From the NCBI GenBank assembly GCA_009914755.4, contig CP068257.2, positions 39,296,001-39,360,000 on the forward strand: a DNA stretch of 64,000 nucleotides, written 5' to 3'. Source of the DNA: the human T2T-CHM13v2.0 reference genome, Homo sapiens. The notes beneath the pieces were generated by a model. The model saw nothing but the letters and a program-made list of their open reading frames with translations. It ran no database searches and was not told the origin of the DNA. Positions within the stretch are counted from its first letter, which is position 1. Every line of letters begins with the position of its first letter. Made by a program: the position numbers and the translations under genes. Positions 15,293 through 29,243 of this stretch are shown in pieces.

Positions 15293-18200
15293 ATGTATAT
15301 ATGTATTATCCCACTCTTCTGTCTCTCCATCCTATTATTTCTCTCTGGAGGACTCTGACTAATACACTTAGCATCACTTTTGCATTATCAGTGCAAATGT
15401 CTACACAGTGCAAAAAAAAAAAAGGCAAATAGCACCTTAGTATTATATTAAGAAAATCTTTTTGATTATATGATATAAGTGCTTTTGACCTCATGGCCCA
15501 CAGAAAGGGTCTCAGAGATTCCACAGCCTACACGTGGAAAATCTCTGCCCTAACCCGTTTTTCTCTCCTGACATCTCTGCAGTCTCAAACCTTCATAACA
15601 GACAAATAATTGGACTCTGTACCAAACCTGATTAAAGAAGAGCTTAGAGTCTCTGAGAAGAAGACAACAGGACCATCCTGGAGGGCCCTCCGAGTGCTTT
15701 GATTCCTGGGAAAAGCAATTCCCTGAGCCTTGCTGTGCTACACAACCAAGATGGCCTTCCTGACATCATTTCCCCAAGTGCCCTTGATTCAAAAGGTTTT
15801 TTTTTTGATGATTCTATTTGACACAAAGTCCTAAGAGTTCCTGTTCCTGCGCTTCGAGAGTAGCCGTCACGCATATTTTATCTCTATAAATTATGAGAAA
15901 TTGAGCCATCATGGGGTGGGAACAAAACAGGACATGTTCTTTATTTCCCCTTTTGTCCCCTCGAGGCGCAGCGTGGGCGGATAGAACTTGGGAGAGGCAA
16001 GAAGGTACTCCTGTTGGCTGAGAGCTCAGGAAGTTTTGGACCAAAGCCAGGCCACCTCAAGAAAAAGGAGAAAGGGAAAGAAAATTCCACAGTTGGTGGT
16101 AGAACTGTCTCTTTGCCTGGGGGAACTTTAGCATTCAAGTTATTAAATAAAGCAGCCCATCTGGCAGTTGGCTATGAGAAGCAATTCATACCATTGTAAA
16201 TGGATTAGTGAAATGTAATTCCTTTCACATTTCAGTTTCAATTATTCCAAATGGGTGCACGATTCTTAATGTTCAGGAATTGTTTTGAATGTCTGCAGAA
16301 ATGCAAAAAGTAAATATGTTTCCTGTTAGGGGGCTCCAAAGAATGTTTCCCATTCTCGTTCTTGCCGTCTTTGCCTTAGTCCACCTTTTTAGCGCCAGGT
16401 CAATCAGCAGCCTTATTTAGGTACGAAGAAGGGAATTCATTTGTGTTCACTGAGAAGACTTGAAATGCCCCGGGGAAGACCTGAGGAGGGGCTGTTGTGG
16501 TCCTTACCCAACGCTCTCAAATGGTGATTCTGACAGGAGCCTGGAGCTGGCAGGGTGAGAGTTCCTACCCCTGGAGCCTGGCTCTGTTGAATTCCTAGAA
16601 GAAGAGTAATTAACATGGGCTGCAGCAATGGCTTGGGAGGGTGTTTGCATCTACCTGAACTCTGCAATTACATGGCACAGCCTGGTGTGGAATCCAAAGA
16701 GCAGCCCTCGGGATGATCATGAACTTGGGTGCTACCTCAAGTTGGGAGCAGCTGAGCCCTGCTCATCACCCAAGGGTGGGATCACCTCAGGGCCACCCTG
16801 CACACACAATGGGCTGTTTTTGCTGGTCGGTATTGATGCCCTTTATACATGTGGTACTGAGCTCAGTGACCACCCAGGTGGTCAGCACTTGTTGCCCCTT
16901 TTATACCAGGAAGCTATGAATGGCTGCAGAGAGACAGGCTGTAAAAGTCAAGTCCAAATACAGAAATTCTATGGATTGTAGCTGCAGAAAAAAAAAAAAA
17001 ATCCCTTTCAAATGTGGTACTAGGGAGTGGGGGAGGAATGTTGTTTTCCCCTGGGAAATCACGACTCCACGAATTTCATTCACAGAGGTGATAGGAAAAT
17101 ATAAAAGCTGGGCCAAGTGGACAAAAAAAAAGGCAACAAGAAGTACAGCCTGTTTGATCACAAAGTCAAGGAGGAGCAGCTTCAGGCACAGGGTTGGGGG
17201 CGGGGGGCTTCCCCGCGTGAAGCCAAGGAATGCAACGTGGATCTCACAGAGAAGGACCCAGGCAGGGGCAGGGGAAAGGACAGCTGTGGAGGAAGTGACC
17301 AGGCCCAAAGCAAGTGACGGTGCAGGACACGTGCAAATTCCACAGCCACTGGATGCTAGCACAAATAAGTGTGAGAAACACACTCCCGGCTGGGGTGTGA
17401 GTGCCTGAGAACCACAAACGTACCTCCGTCCTGCCTGCATTCATGTATCCCTATTGCATTCAAGTTGCCAGTACTCACCACCAAATACATCTACAATGCC
17501 CAATTTAAACCAATGTACTGGAAATGTCATTGAGTGCCAGGGGTTACACAGAACCTGCAGCCCAAACCTCTCCAGGCTCCTCAAGGAAATATCTGGCTCC
17601 AAACTTTCTTTTAATTACTGAAAATCCCAGATGCTCCACATATAGAGAGATTAACAGATGCTCCAGGGGACAAGGTCTATGAACATGCAATTACCCTACA
17701 AATTCATAGTATTAGTTCTTGGTTTAAACAGATTTCCTTCTTTTACCCAGTTGAAAAGCATCTCTGGAAGTCAGAAGTAGTAACTAGGTGTTTTCCCTCC
17801 ATTTCATCTCTGCCCCCAAATAAAGAAAAAAAAAAAGTCTCTCTGACTTATTTTCTAGCTCCAGGTCAAAGGACAAAATGGAAAGAACATTTTGAGGCTG
17901 TATTTTCTCATTTAGAACCTTCTTACCACTTCTCGAATGAGCATCACGTTGCATAAGAAAAGGGTTTCCCCCACCCCTCACCTGTGTTCACAGGTAGGGC
18001 CGACTCTTTCTTTCCTGCACCTGGGGTCACACAGAAGATTCTCAAGTGGGGCTTCTTCTACTTGCATTTCAGAGCTAGACAGGGCTGGAAGAATGGTGAT
18101 ACACGCCTGACCAATTTTATTGTCATCTGTCAAAGAGCCCACTAGCCCTGTAAGAGGGAGACAGGTGATGGGAATAAAGAAGCTAGAGTTTCAGGGCTGC

Positions 18201-20545
18201 CATCACGGTCTGGGGTTTCATTGCAATATTCTGTGATTTTATGGGAATGCAAATAATGGATACGAAGGAAGACAGAGAATGAGAGACCTGCAGAGGTAAG
18301 AGTAACTCACCTGAAGTCGAAAAGAGGCCAAGGCCCAGGCTATTTCATGATTTCTTATCAACTTTTATTTTTATATTCCAATCACAGCTGCCAGTGGGAT
18401 TAATTTTAAGTGTATATTTAACTCCTAACAGAGTGGAGCTTGCCACAGTCTCTACCATAATGAGACAATTGTAAATTACTCATACAGGAATAAAAATTAT
18501 CCAGTTAAACGATGTAGATTAGCTGTCTAAACTGTCCAAACTCGCTTTCTTTCCTCCTTTGAGGACTTTCCTCCTTAGACTCCTATATAGTGAGTCTCTG
18601 TGTGTGTGCACCAGTGTGTGTGTGCACAAGCATGTATATTTCTGTGTTTGTGTGAGTGCTTCTCTGAGCAGTAATTCCACCCAAGGAGTCTGCACTGTGC
18701 TAAAACCAGTGGGTGCTTTAAAAAAAAAAAAAAGACAGAGAGAGATGGGTGTTTCAGGGATCTCTGAAATTTTTTTCGTGGTATTAAGAAATACAAATAT
18801 TCCTCAAAACTGAAAAAAAAATTTAGAATAAATCTATTATCTGATAGGGTAGGAGAGGGAATTTGCTGAGTCAAGTGTGATTAAAGCTGAACCATCAGAT
18901 TTACATCCTATACAAATTGTCAACTTCCAGAAAGGTCACATGAAGATTTTTCCAACAGAGCAACTACATTGGAGTTCAGCTGGAATTGCACTAAATCTAA
19001 ATTTTCCACAATGTTCTAGAGAAAAAAATGTAAACTCCTGTTTGTTTTTTCCTGCTCTTACTGAACTCATGGTCTCAGCCCTGCTTGGATCTGGGGGCCG
19101 TTTAAATGTCTGATAGAATCTATGGACTTTCTTCCCCAACAGACCCAATTTAGATACAGATTTCAAGAGTTTATGAATCCTTTGAACCAGATACATTGAC
19201 CATTTAGAAAGTTAAGAACTCTAGACTCATTCTTTAAACAAATATGTACCAAGCATTGACTATGTGCGAGTCCATTACTAGGTACCAAGTACACAGAGAT
19301 CTCAGAAAAAGTGGTCTCTGTTCTCAGGAAGGAGAACAAGGGCAATATGCAGATAAGCAAATAGTATCTAATAATATAAGCAGCAGATAAGCAAATAATA
19401 AATAAGATAGCTGCTAATCATAATGAATTCTAGGAAGAAAGTAATCTGGAGTGGCTCACACTGCCCCAGGAACATGATTATAAGATCACATTTCTCTAAA
19501 TTTTATGTGTAATAGAGTTTTGTGGGTAGAAAACAGCTTTTAAATACTAGAATTGACTCCACAGTATCATATTATTATTCTAGATCAAGAGACTCTTAGG
19601 ATCCTGAGTCTCCCACAAGGGAAGGGATCTCCCATTTAGTTTCTCTCCATTACTCACAGATAATCCCACCTTCTTGAACTCTTTCCAGAAAGAACCAAAA
19701 GGATGCAACTTCACAGGGCACCCTGCTCCATTTGAACACTCCCAGTTGTTAGATCGATGTCTTTTACTTATAACAACTTGAAATTTGACTTTTTATAACT
19801 TCCAAACAAGTATATTATGATTATTTCTAAATTATCAAATAAAGGATGAGTCTCACCCATCCTTTTGTAGATCCTTCCATAGGCTCTTTTTTCTAGGTTA
19901 GACATTCAGTTTCCATAGTAATTCCTGAATAATTAATTCACCATACTTCTCATTCCAATCTTTTAAAGCCCTGGAGCTGAACTGAATAATGCAGAATATT
20001 CCATAGCAATCACCATCTTTGGCATAAAGCATTTTATTTATATTAAGCCTCAGATTGCTTTTATTTTCTTACTTAATTCAGTACCCCACTGATGCTATTG
20101 AGCTTCCCAGTAATTAAAACCACCTCAGCGTTTCTGTTAACTATTCTTAATCCAAGTCGTCTCCTTTCTACTGGTTTTTTTTTTTAATCTAGCTTCTTGA
20201 ATTGAATGCTTAACTAATTTACTTGTCTTCTTTAAATATTTAAGTATTTATTATACAAGACTATTATTTAGTAAGACTAAATATTACATATAATTTTATT
20301 TGTTCAAATTAAATAAAACCATTTAAGGCTATAAATGTACCAGGAAGTGCTGCTTTGGCAGCATCCCACCAGTTTCTTAAGCAGAGTTTCACTGTTGTTC
20401 TAACTACTTCTTAATCTGCACTGCAAATTTTCTGCTAACTAAAGAGGTATTTAGTAAAAGCATAATGTGCATTTGCTGTATTATCTGAGAATATTAAATT
20501 CTGCTATAAAGACAAGGACAAAAACAGGATGGATGACACCCCATG

Positions 20546-22821
20546 TGTATTAGTCTTCTCACGCTACTAATAAAGACATATCCAAGACGGGGTAATTTAT
20601 AAAGGAAAGAGGTTTAATGGACTCACAGTTCCACATGGCTGGGGAGGCCTCACAATCATGGTGAAAGGCAAGGAGGAGCAATGTCATGTCTTACATGGTG
20701 GCAGGCAAGAGCACGCGTGCAGGGGAACTCCCCTTTATAAAACCATCATATCTCATGAGACTTATCTACTATTATGAGAACAGCATGGGAAAGACCTGGT
20801 CCCATGATTCAATTCCCTCCCACTGGGTCCCTCCTATGACACATAGGAATTATGGGAGCTGCAATTCAAGATGAGATTTGGGTAGGGAGAGAGTCAAACC
20901 ATATCATTCTTCCCCTGGCCCATCCCAAATCTCATGTTTTCACATTTCAAAACCAATCACGCCTTCCCAACAGTCTCCCAAAGTCTTAACTAATTCCAGC
21001 ATTAACTCGAAAGTCCACAGTCCAAAGTCTCATCTGAGACAAGGCAAGTCCCTTCTGCCTCTGAGCCTGTAAAATCAAAAGCAAGTTAGTTACTTCCTAG
21101 ATGCAATGGGGATACAGACATTGAATAAATACACCCATTCCAAATGGGAGAAATTGTCCAAAACAAAAGGGCTACAGGCCCCATGTAAGTCCAAAATCCA
21201 GCAGGGCAGTCAAATCTTAAAGTTCCGAAATGATCTCCTTTGACTCCACGTCTCACATCCAGATCATGCTGATGCAAGAGGTGGGCTCCCAAGGTCTTGG
21301 GCAGCTCTGTCCCTATGGCTTTGCAGGGTACAGTCCCCCAGATGGCTAGCACTGAGTGTCTGTGGGTTTTCTAGTGTATGGTGCAAGCTGTCAATGGTCA
21401 GATCTACCATTCTGGGGTCTGGAGGACAGTGGCCCTCTTCTCACAGCTCCACTAGGCAATGCCCTGGTAGGGACTCTGTGTGGGGGCTCTGATCCCACAT
21501 TTCCCTTCTGCATTGCCCTAACAGAGGTTCCCATAAGGGATCCACCCCTGCAGCAAACTTTTGCCTGGGCAGCCAGGCATTCCCATGCATTCTCTGGAAT
21601 CTGGGTGGAGGTTCTCAAACCTCAATTCTTGGCTTCTGTGCACCTGCAGGCTCAACACAACATGAAAGCTGCTGAGGGTTGGGGCTTTCACCCTCCAAAA
21701 TCACAGCCCAAGCTGTACCTTGGCCCCTTATAGCCATGGCTGGAGCAGCTTGTATGCAGGGCACCAAGACCCTAGACTGCACATAGCAGGGGCCCCTGGG
21801 CCCTGCCAGGAAACCATTTTTCCCTCCTAGGCCTCCAGGACTGTGATGGAAGGGGCTGCCATGAAGGTCTCTGACATGTCCTGGAGACATTTTCCCTATT
21901 GTCTTGGTGATTAACATTTGGCTCCTCCTTACTTATGCAAATTCCTACAGCTGGTTTGAATTTCTCCCCAGAAAATGGGGTTTGCTTTTCTATCACATCA
22001 TCAGGCTGAAAATTTTCCAAACTTTTATCCTCTTCTTCCTATTGAATTCTTTGACACTTAGAAAGTTCTTCCCCAGATACCCTGAAACATCTCTCTCAAG
22101 TTCAAAGTTCCACAGATCTCTAGGGCAGGGGCAAAATGCCACCAGTCTCTTTGCATAGCAAGCATGACCTTTACTCCAGTTCCCAACAAATTCCTCATCT
22201 CTATCTGAGACCACCTCAGACTGGACTTTATTGTCCATATCACTATCAGCATTTTGGTCAAAGCTATTCAACAAGTCTCTAGGAATTTCCAAACTTTCCC
22301 GCATCTTCCTACCTTCTGAGCCCTCCAAGACTCTAGGAAGTTCCAAAGTTTTCCACATTTTCCTGTCTTCCTCTGAGCTCTCCAAACTGTTCCAACATCT
22401 GCCTGTTACTCAGTCCCAAAGTTGCTTCCACATTTTTGCATATCTATACAGCAGCACCCCACTCCCAGTACCAATTTATTGTATTAGCCTGTTCTCCAGC
22501 TACTAATAAAGTCATACCCAAGACTGGGTAATTTGCAAAGGAAAGAGGTTTAATGGCTGGGGAGGCCTCACAATCATGGTGGAAGGCAAGGAGGAGCAAA
22601 GTCACATCTTACATGGTGGCAGCCAAGAGCACGTGTGCAGGGAACCCCTTTATAAAACCATCAGATCTTGTGAGACTTATTTACTATCATGACAACAGCA
22701 TGGGAAAGACCTGGCCCCATGATTCAATTACCTCCCACTGGATCCCTTCCACAACACATGGGAATTGTGGGAACGATAATTCAACATGAGATTTGGGTGG
22801 GGACACAGCTAAACCATATCT
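20546..22821 (-). mobile_element. THE1-like MaLR element with LTR-internal-LTR structure. LTR copies lie at 20546-20905 and 22489-22821, and the internal region at 20906-22488. It is in minus orientation and has no coding capacity.
   Basis: Two same-orientation LTR copies (gtattag...aaaccatatc) flank about 1.58 kb of the characteristic THE1 internal sequence. The total of about 2.3 kb matches the THE1 architecture. Confidence 0.65.
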
Positions 22822-23504
22822 TCATAGAAGAGATGGAAAGTCTGGGCTTAGACAAGTTGCTTCCCTGGGATCACAAAGCTGGTGAGCAGTTCAACAGGAT
22901 TAGACTCTAAATCTCCTTTGACCTTTTCTCTTCACTATGATGGGAATGGAAAGTATCATCAGAAATGATAGAAAGTGTCTATAAAAGGAACACTGGCACG
23001 GGGCTTGGGACACTCACTGCCTGTGTCTGCTCATCCCTCAATGAGTTAAATCACCTTAAGTGAGTCATCTGATCTCTCTGAATCCACCTGCTCTTACGTA
23101 CAGAGAGCAAAGTAGTTGGACCTAGGTGATGGCTAAGGCCCTTTTCAGCATTGACATTTTTGGTATCTCCCAAAATACAAATTGGCAAATTTCATTGGGA
23201 TTTGCTTTTAGAAGTGGCTTCTGTTAGTCAGTCCCCCCACAGATGGTCAAGTCCATGCTGCACTGCACAAGGCTTTGATATAAAGGAGCACAAATTTCCT
23301 GTCATTTATGTAAAATACATCTTCTTGGCTTGGAAATCAAAGAGCTTTTTTAACTGCCAATTCTACCCTGTCCATTTGGGAACTGATGAGTATTTGAAAT
23401 GTTCCCATCATTTAGGGAATTTCCTGGCCTCTCCTAGTGCTCAGTGTGGGGGGGCTAGCCCTGCACTCCTGCATCCTGAGGTGTCAAGAGAGAGGACACC
23501 TGGA

Positions 23505-23705
23505 TTCTGTCCTAAGTGGAGAGAATTGGAGGACGGGGATGGGGGGGTAGATAATCATAGAAAGATAATTTCAATATTCAGCTTTTCACTTGCTTTCTCT
23601 GTTTCATGCTTCATGCTTCCTTAGTATGAGACAAGTAAGCATTGGCTAGGTGAAGAGGTAGGGAGGGAGTTTTTCTGTTGGATGAAAGCTTTGTGGGACG
23701 AGCAG
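23505..23705 (+). repeat. Copy A of a roughly 200-bp segment duplicated at 24736-24940 ('ctaagtggagagaattggagg..gataatcata.aaagataatt.caata..cagct.ttcact..ctttctctg.tt.atgctt..ttagcatgagacaagtaagcattggctaggtgaagaggtag').
   Basis: By-eye alignment to 24736-24940 at about 85-90% identity. Confidence 0.6.
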
Positions 23706-24589
23706 CAGCATAGTTAGGCTTCAGAAATGTGTGTAGTATAGTACTTGAGGTAGTGCATGTAAGGCAATATATATGTTGCATGACAAGAATAGAAACAAGC
23801 TGGGTCCAGCCCTGCAGGGCCAGGTCAGCAGCATGAGAAGCCAGTCTGTGCTGAAGGCAATTGGAGGCACGGAGAGGTTTCAAGCAGGAGAGCCATATGA
23901 CTAGATTCCCATTCATGAAAGAGCTCTGTGACTGCTATAAGCATTTTACAGTAGCCAGTCTGACAGCCTGGGCATTGTTTAGGAGATAGTTGCAGCAATT
24001 TTAGTGAGAGATAGTGCAATTATGCAGAGTTAGGGATATTGCAGGAGTGAGAATAAGTTGTTGAGGTTGACTTTAGAGCTCTGGTTTGGGAGCTAGGGCA
24101 GTAGTGAGGCCATTCATTGCTATCACAGAGGACTCAAAAATAGAGAAGTGAATAACTGAGTTTTGGAGAAGTTGAGTTACAGATGGGGTGCGGCAGCTAA
24201 GTGACACTATTTGGCAGAGTGGAGCACCTTCAGCAGATAGAAGGAAAGATGGTGGCTGATAGCAGAGGGAGCAGATGAGAGTAATGGGAACACAATGTAG
24301 ATTTCAGTGGGTGGTGGAATAGATGCAAGGTATAGAGTGGGGACAGCAAGTGTAGACAAGTTGGCTTCTAAAAGGAGGAGAGACAGAGGGACACATGGGG
24401 TTGGGAAAGTTGCTGTTTTGTTTGTGTTTTTGTTAATAAAGGAGATTGGGGTTGGTTTAAATGCTCACGGCAGTGTAACAGTAGAGAAAATGACCCTCAC
24501 GTCATTACTCAGCTAATGTAACAGCCTAGCACCAAACACATGTCTAAGCATGGCATTTGGGACTTTTCATAAATCAGCCTACTATGGGC

Positions 24590-24730
24590 AGAATTATGTC
24601 CCCAAGAAACATATGTCCAAGTCCTAACCCCTGGTACCTGTGAACATAAATTCACAGGCTACATAAGGCAATTTAACTGGAAATAGGGTCTTTGCCGATG
24701 TAATCAAGATGAGGTCAGAGTAGATTTGGG
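24590..24730 (+). repeat. Fragment of a MaLR/MST-like LTR ('atgtccccaagaaacatatgtccaagtcctaacccctggt...gggtctttgccgatgtaatcaagatgaggtcag').
   Basis: Similar to the 5' region of the LTR copy at 43838-44208. Confidence 0.4.
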
Positions 24731-24735
24731 TTGAG

Positions 24736-24940
24736 TCTAAGTGGAGTCCTAAGTGGAGAGAATTGGAGGGTGGGTGAATGGATAATCATATAAAGATAAT
24801 TGCAATACCCAGCTCTTCACTGTCTTTCTCTGCTTAATGCTTTTTTAGCATGAGACAAGTAAGCATTGGCTAGGTGAAGATGTAAGGAGGGTGTTTTTCT
24901 GTTGGACAAAGGTGTCCTAAATCCAAAGAGTCCTAAATCC
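24736..24940 (+). repeat. Copy B of the roughly 200-bp duplicated segment (see 23505-23705).
   Basis: By-eye alignment to copy A. Confidence 0.6.
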
Positions 24941-25137
24941 AACAACTGGTGTTCTTACAAGAGGGAAATTTGGACAATAAGATACACACAGGAAGTAGGC
25001 CATGGATGACAGAGGCAGGGATTTGGGTGAAGCTTCCACAAGCCAGGGACACCAAGGATAACTGGCCACCCCCAGAAACTGGAAGAGTTTTCAGAGACAG
25101 CATGGCCCTACGGCTCATGAATATGGGACTTCAATGA

Positions 25138-25497
<360 letters not shown>

Positions 25498-26511
25498 GGA
25501 TTTCTGTTGTTTTAAGCCAGCTGGTGTACATTAGTTTTTTCCAGAGGCCCTAGGACACTCTGTCCCACCCCTCCCGAGTGTGTGAACCTGGCCCCGCAGC
25601 CACACCTGGCACTTTTCATCCCCAGCGGCTCCCTCCAGGGTCCTGCCTCCATGTCTACTGATTTCTTCCCACCTCCTGAGATGTCCTTTCCCCACCTTTT
25701 TGCCTTGAAATTCTTTCCGTCCTTCCAAACCAAATCTATGTTAGGCTTAACGTCTCTCTAGAGAACCCATCTGTAGCTCCCATGGTATCCTGCTGATGGG
25801 CACCTGTCACCCTTACCTCATCATGTTTCGCACAACACTGCTCTGATGTGTCCTCAGCCACACTGTTAACCTCTGAGAAGAAGGCTAAGCCATTTTTATC
25901 TCTGCCTCCCCACTGCTGCTGAAATGGTGGATCTTTCGGGGCCTAGCCAGGAAAACAAAATCCCCATCAGATAATTTAATAGAGGAAATATAACTGGGAG
26001 AATTAAATGCAAAAGTATTTAAAGAATTAAAAGCACACACAGCGGAAAGGGAGGCAACCCAGAGATTAGCAGCACAAGGAGACTGGAGAAACAAATGGAG
26101 AGGACAAGGGGAGGAATGGAACTACCAGCAGGAGGGGAAACCACAGAGAACATGCATCTGGGGCCAGAGGCTCCATCCAGCACAGAGGGAAGCTGAGGAA
26201 AGTCCCAGCTTCTCCTTTCCCCTGACTTCCCCAATCCAACCCAAAACCAGCAGATGGGGGCTGCAGGCCTGGTTATGGGGCCAGCCCCACTGTGTTAAGG
26301 AGCAGAGCATAAAACAGCCCAGAAATAGATCCAAGGGCAAGCAAGTGGACCGCACAGATGGCAAAGGCTGGGATTTCTCAGGCAAATGAGTCAATTTTTA
26401 GCAAATAGCTAAAAATGCTGTAACACGGTTGCCGTCATAAGAGCCAGACAGCAAAGAGGATGCTGTAGACACATGGTGGAGCATTTGGTGAGGCCCTGTA
26501 GTTGGTGGAAT

Positions 26512-26935
26512 AATCCCCCCCAGCAAATGCCTTCACCCCAATCCCCTGTGGATATGTCACGTTATATAGTGAAAAGGACTGCCTGATGTGACTGAATTAA
26601 GGATCTGCTGTTGGCGAGATGATCTCTGATTATGCAGGGAAGCCCCATGGAATCACCAGGGTCTTTACAAAACAGATGCCAGAGGTCGGTAGGAGATGTG
26701 GCCAGAGAAGCAGCGCTCAGAGTGATGCAAAGGGGCCCTAAGCTCAGGAATGCAGGCAGTAGTCTCCAGGAGCCGAAAAAGGCAAGGCAGCAGGTTCCCC
26801 CAGAGCTCCAGAAGGAACCACGCCTGCCAACTCCTTGATCTCAGCCCCCTAAGATTCATTTTAGACTTCCGATCTCCAAAAACTACGGGAGAATAAACTT
26901 GTATTGTTTTAAGCCACAAAGTTTGTGGTGATTTG
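26512..26935 (+). repeat. MaLR-like LTR ending '...gaataaacttgtattgttttaagccacaaagtttgtggtgatttgtggcagcagcaacaagaaactagt'.
   Basis: The characteristic 3' terminal motif is shared with the copy at 34330-34560 and with the MaLR consensus architecture. Confidence 0.4.
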
Positions 26936-27469
26936 TGGCAGCAGCAACAAGAAACTAGTTAGTACGCATCCTTCATGAGGAGTCAGACTTAAGGAGAGAG
27001 GGGTGTCCAGATTTAGTGTGAACCAAGGGCTTACCGTCCTGGTGAAGGTGGTAGGTGCTCAGGTGAGAGAAAAAACAGAAAGGAAAAAGGAAGGAGAGGA
27101 AAGGCCAGGAAGGAGACTTACTTACCTGCTGGTCATGTGCATCCCAGAGGTAGAAAGGATTGGGTGGGCAATTGCGAGGCTACACTAAGGAGCCTTCAAA
27201 CTCCTAGCTGAAGAATGTCTATTTTACGTGGCTGTTAGAGAAATATTAAACTCGGTAGAAATCTGGCCATGCATAAAGATCCAACCGCCACTGCCTGGAA
27301 TGGAGTAATTGCCCAGCGACGCTGGTATTTGTGGTTAATCTGAATTATTTCGGCAAAGTGATCCTGTTTTTGTTTTGTAGATTTTTTGTTTTATTTCTTC
27401 CTGACCTGTATTGTTCAACACTTGCTTTGATTTTCCACTAGAAGACCTAATGCAAATCTGGATTTTTCT

Positions 27470-27482
27470 TTTCTTTCTTTTT

Positions 27483-27517
<35 letters not shown>

Positions 27518-27525
27518 AATATAAG
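27470..27525. repeat. (TTTC)n / poly-T low-complexity tract.
   Basis: A direct run of 'ttttcttttctttctttttttcttttttttttttttttttttt' is visible. Confidence 0.85.
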
Positions 27526-29162
27526 GTAATTTCAGTCAAAAACCACTAAACGCTGATAAAAACTCTAGGTGAACTCTGTATCTTTTGATTCCTTTTAGCC
27601 TAATGGCCACTGATTACTGTGCTGATCTAGGAAGCTGCTTATTCGTTTTACCACCAGGCAGCCAGCATGGAATTCCATTGCATTGGTGTGCTTTGTTTAA
27701 CTTTTTAAAACTCCTGATGTGAAGTCTCCTGAAACTAACCTTATTTTGTCTAAAATTACAGTTAAATCCACTTAATCCACATGGTTCTGTAAAACCATTG
27801 TCTGTAAGTTATTTTGATTTTTTTAAGTGCATTTGCTTTATTTTGAAAGCTCAGGTCTAACCAAACATTTCTCTAAGAGTTCAATTTGGAATCAAGGCTA
27901 ACAGAGCTGACTGGAGGATCATTTTCACATCACAACCTTCTGAGTCCTGGGAACACACAATGTCACCATTGTCAACATTGACTGGTGCATTCGTGATGGA
28001 CAACAGGTTGGTTCATTACTGCAAACAGGCCCCAATTAGTTTGCTAAATGTGTTGTTATACCTGCATATGTTTTTTTTTAAATGTCTCTCTCCAACCACT
28101 CATTTCACCCTTTCAAAATGTAAAAGATTTTATAACAGGTTCCCAAGGTCACTGATGGGCACAGTGTACCTAAGTTTCCTATCCCTCTTTTTAAATTTTT
28201 CTTGTCTCCTACAACCATTTTATATCAGTGATTTAAAGTATGTTGGCATTGAAATTGGTTAGCAAGTTGATCTTTAAATATATTAAATCAGCTTGACATC
28301 TTATGATTATAGTAACTATTATCACTATTGCTTTAGAAACATATAAGTGAATTCAGATTTTAACAATACACTTTGTGATAAATACAAAATTAAATGAGAC
28401 TATCTACTGAAATGGGCGAAGAGAACTAGAAAGTACTAAATTACAGAGTCCATGGCCAAAAGCACAAGATGGCATATTTTCCATCAACCAACTCAGTTGA
28501 GCTTGGCACATAGTAGGAACTCAAGAAATACTTGTGTAATGAATAAATTAATGAATGAAAATGAATTAAATAAAAATTAATTGCGATGTGGAAGAAATAA
28601 TTTATCCATGACATAAAATTGTAGCTCATACTCTTCTTGGCAATATTTGTGCTTATGGAGAAAAAAATAAAATAAAATAAGTAATCCTCAATAAATTGTG
28701 AAACATTCCAGCTCCAGATATGACATGTTATGACCTTTCCATTGCTTTTAACTTGAGCACATTATCTGTGGTGCAGCTGAAGCGCTCTGAGATCAGCTTT
28801 CCCTTCTGCCAAGCGAGTCACAGTCATTGGCAACAGGCAGGAGCTCTCAGATCTGCCATGAACAAGATTAACTGAAGTACAGTTCCAAAAGAGAACTGGA
28901 GACCACCAAACATACATGTTTTTTAGAAGAAAGCAGAGAAGTGGGGGAAATCTTGGAAAATCTGTTTTTACATCTGAAGAGAAATTAACAGGAGTAGCAT
29001 GACAAGGACTGCTGAGATGCACAGAGGTAAATAAGAGCATCAGGGTTTCCTCATATTAGCTAAAGCTTTATGATCCAAATTCTCTAGGAATTGGGCTCCA
29101 CTTTTTGACTCCTTTGGTTTTTTGTTTGGTTGGTTGGTTGGTTTTGGAGTTTGTTTGTTTGT

Positions 29163-29243
29163 TTCCTTGAGATGGAGTTTCGCTCTTGTTGCCTAGGCTG
29201 GAGTGCAATGGCGTGATCTCAGCTCACTGCAACCTCCGCTGTG
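29163..29243 (-). mobile_element. Short Alu fragment in minus orientation, preceded by a G/T-rich tract at 29110-29162.
   Basis: Contains 'gagatggagtttcgctcttgttgcctaggctggagtgcaatggcgtgatctcagctcactgcaacctccgc'. Confidence 0.7.

Noticed and set aside
16901-17440. Overlapping opposite-strand ORFs of 179 aa (minus) and 162 aa (plus).
   Set aside because: Reciprocal overlap on both strands in a purine/pyrimidine-skewed, A-tract-containing region, with no recognisable domain, motif or start context, is characteristic of chance ORFs in non-coding DNA.
28480-28570. Possible MIR tail ('ggcacatagtaggaactcaagaaatacttgtgtaatgaataaattaatgaatgaaaatgaattaaataaa').
   Set aside because: It resembles the MIR 3' 'gcacatagtaagcgctcaataaatg...' region followed by an (AATG)n-like tract, but the match is short and degenerate. 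I left it unannotated rather than over-call it.
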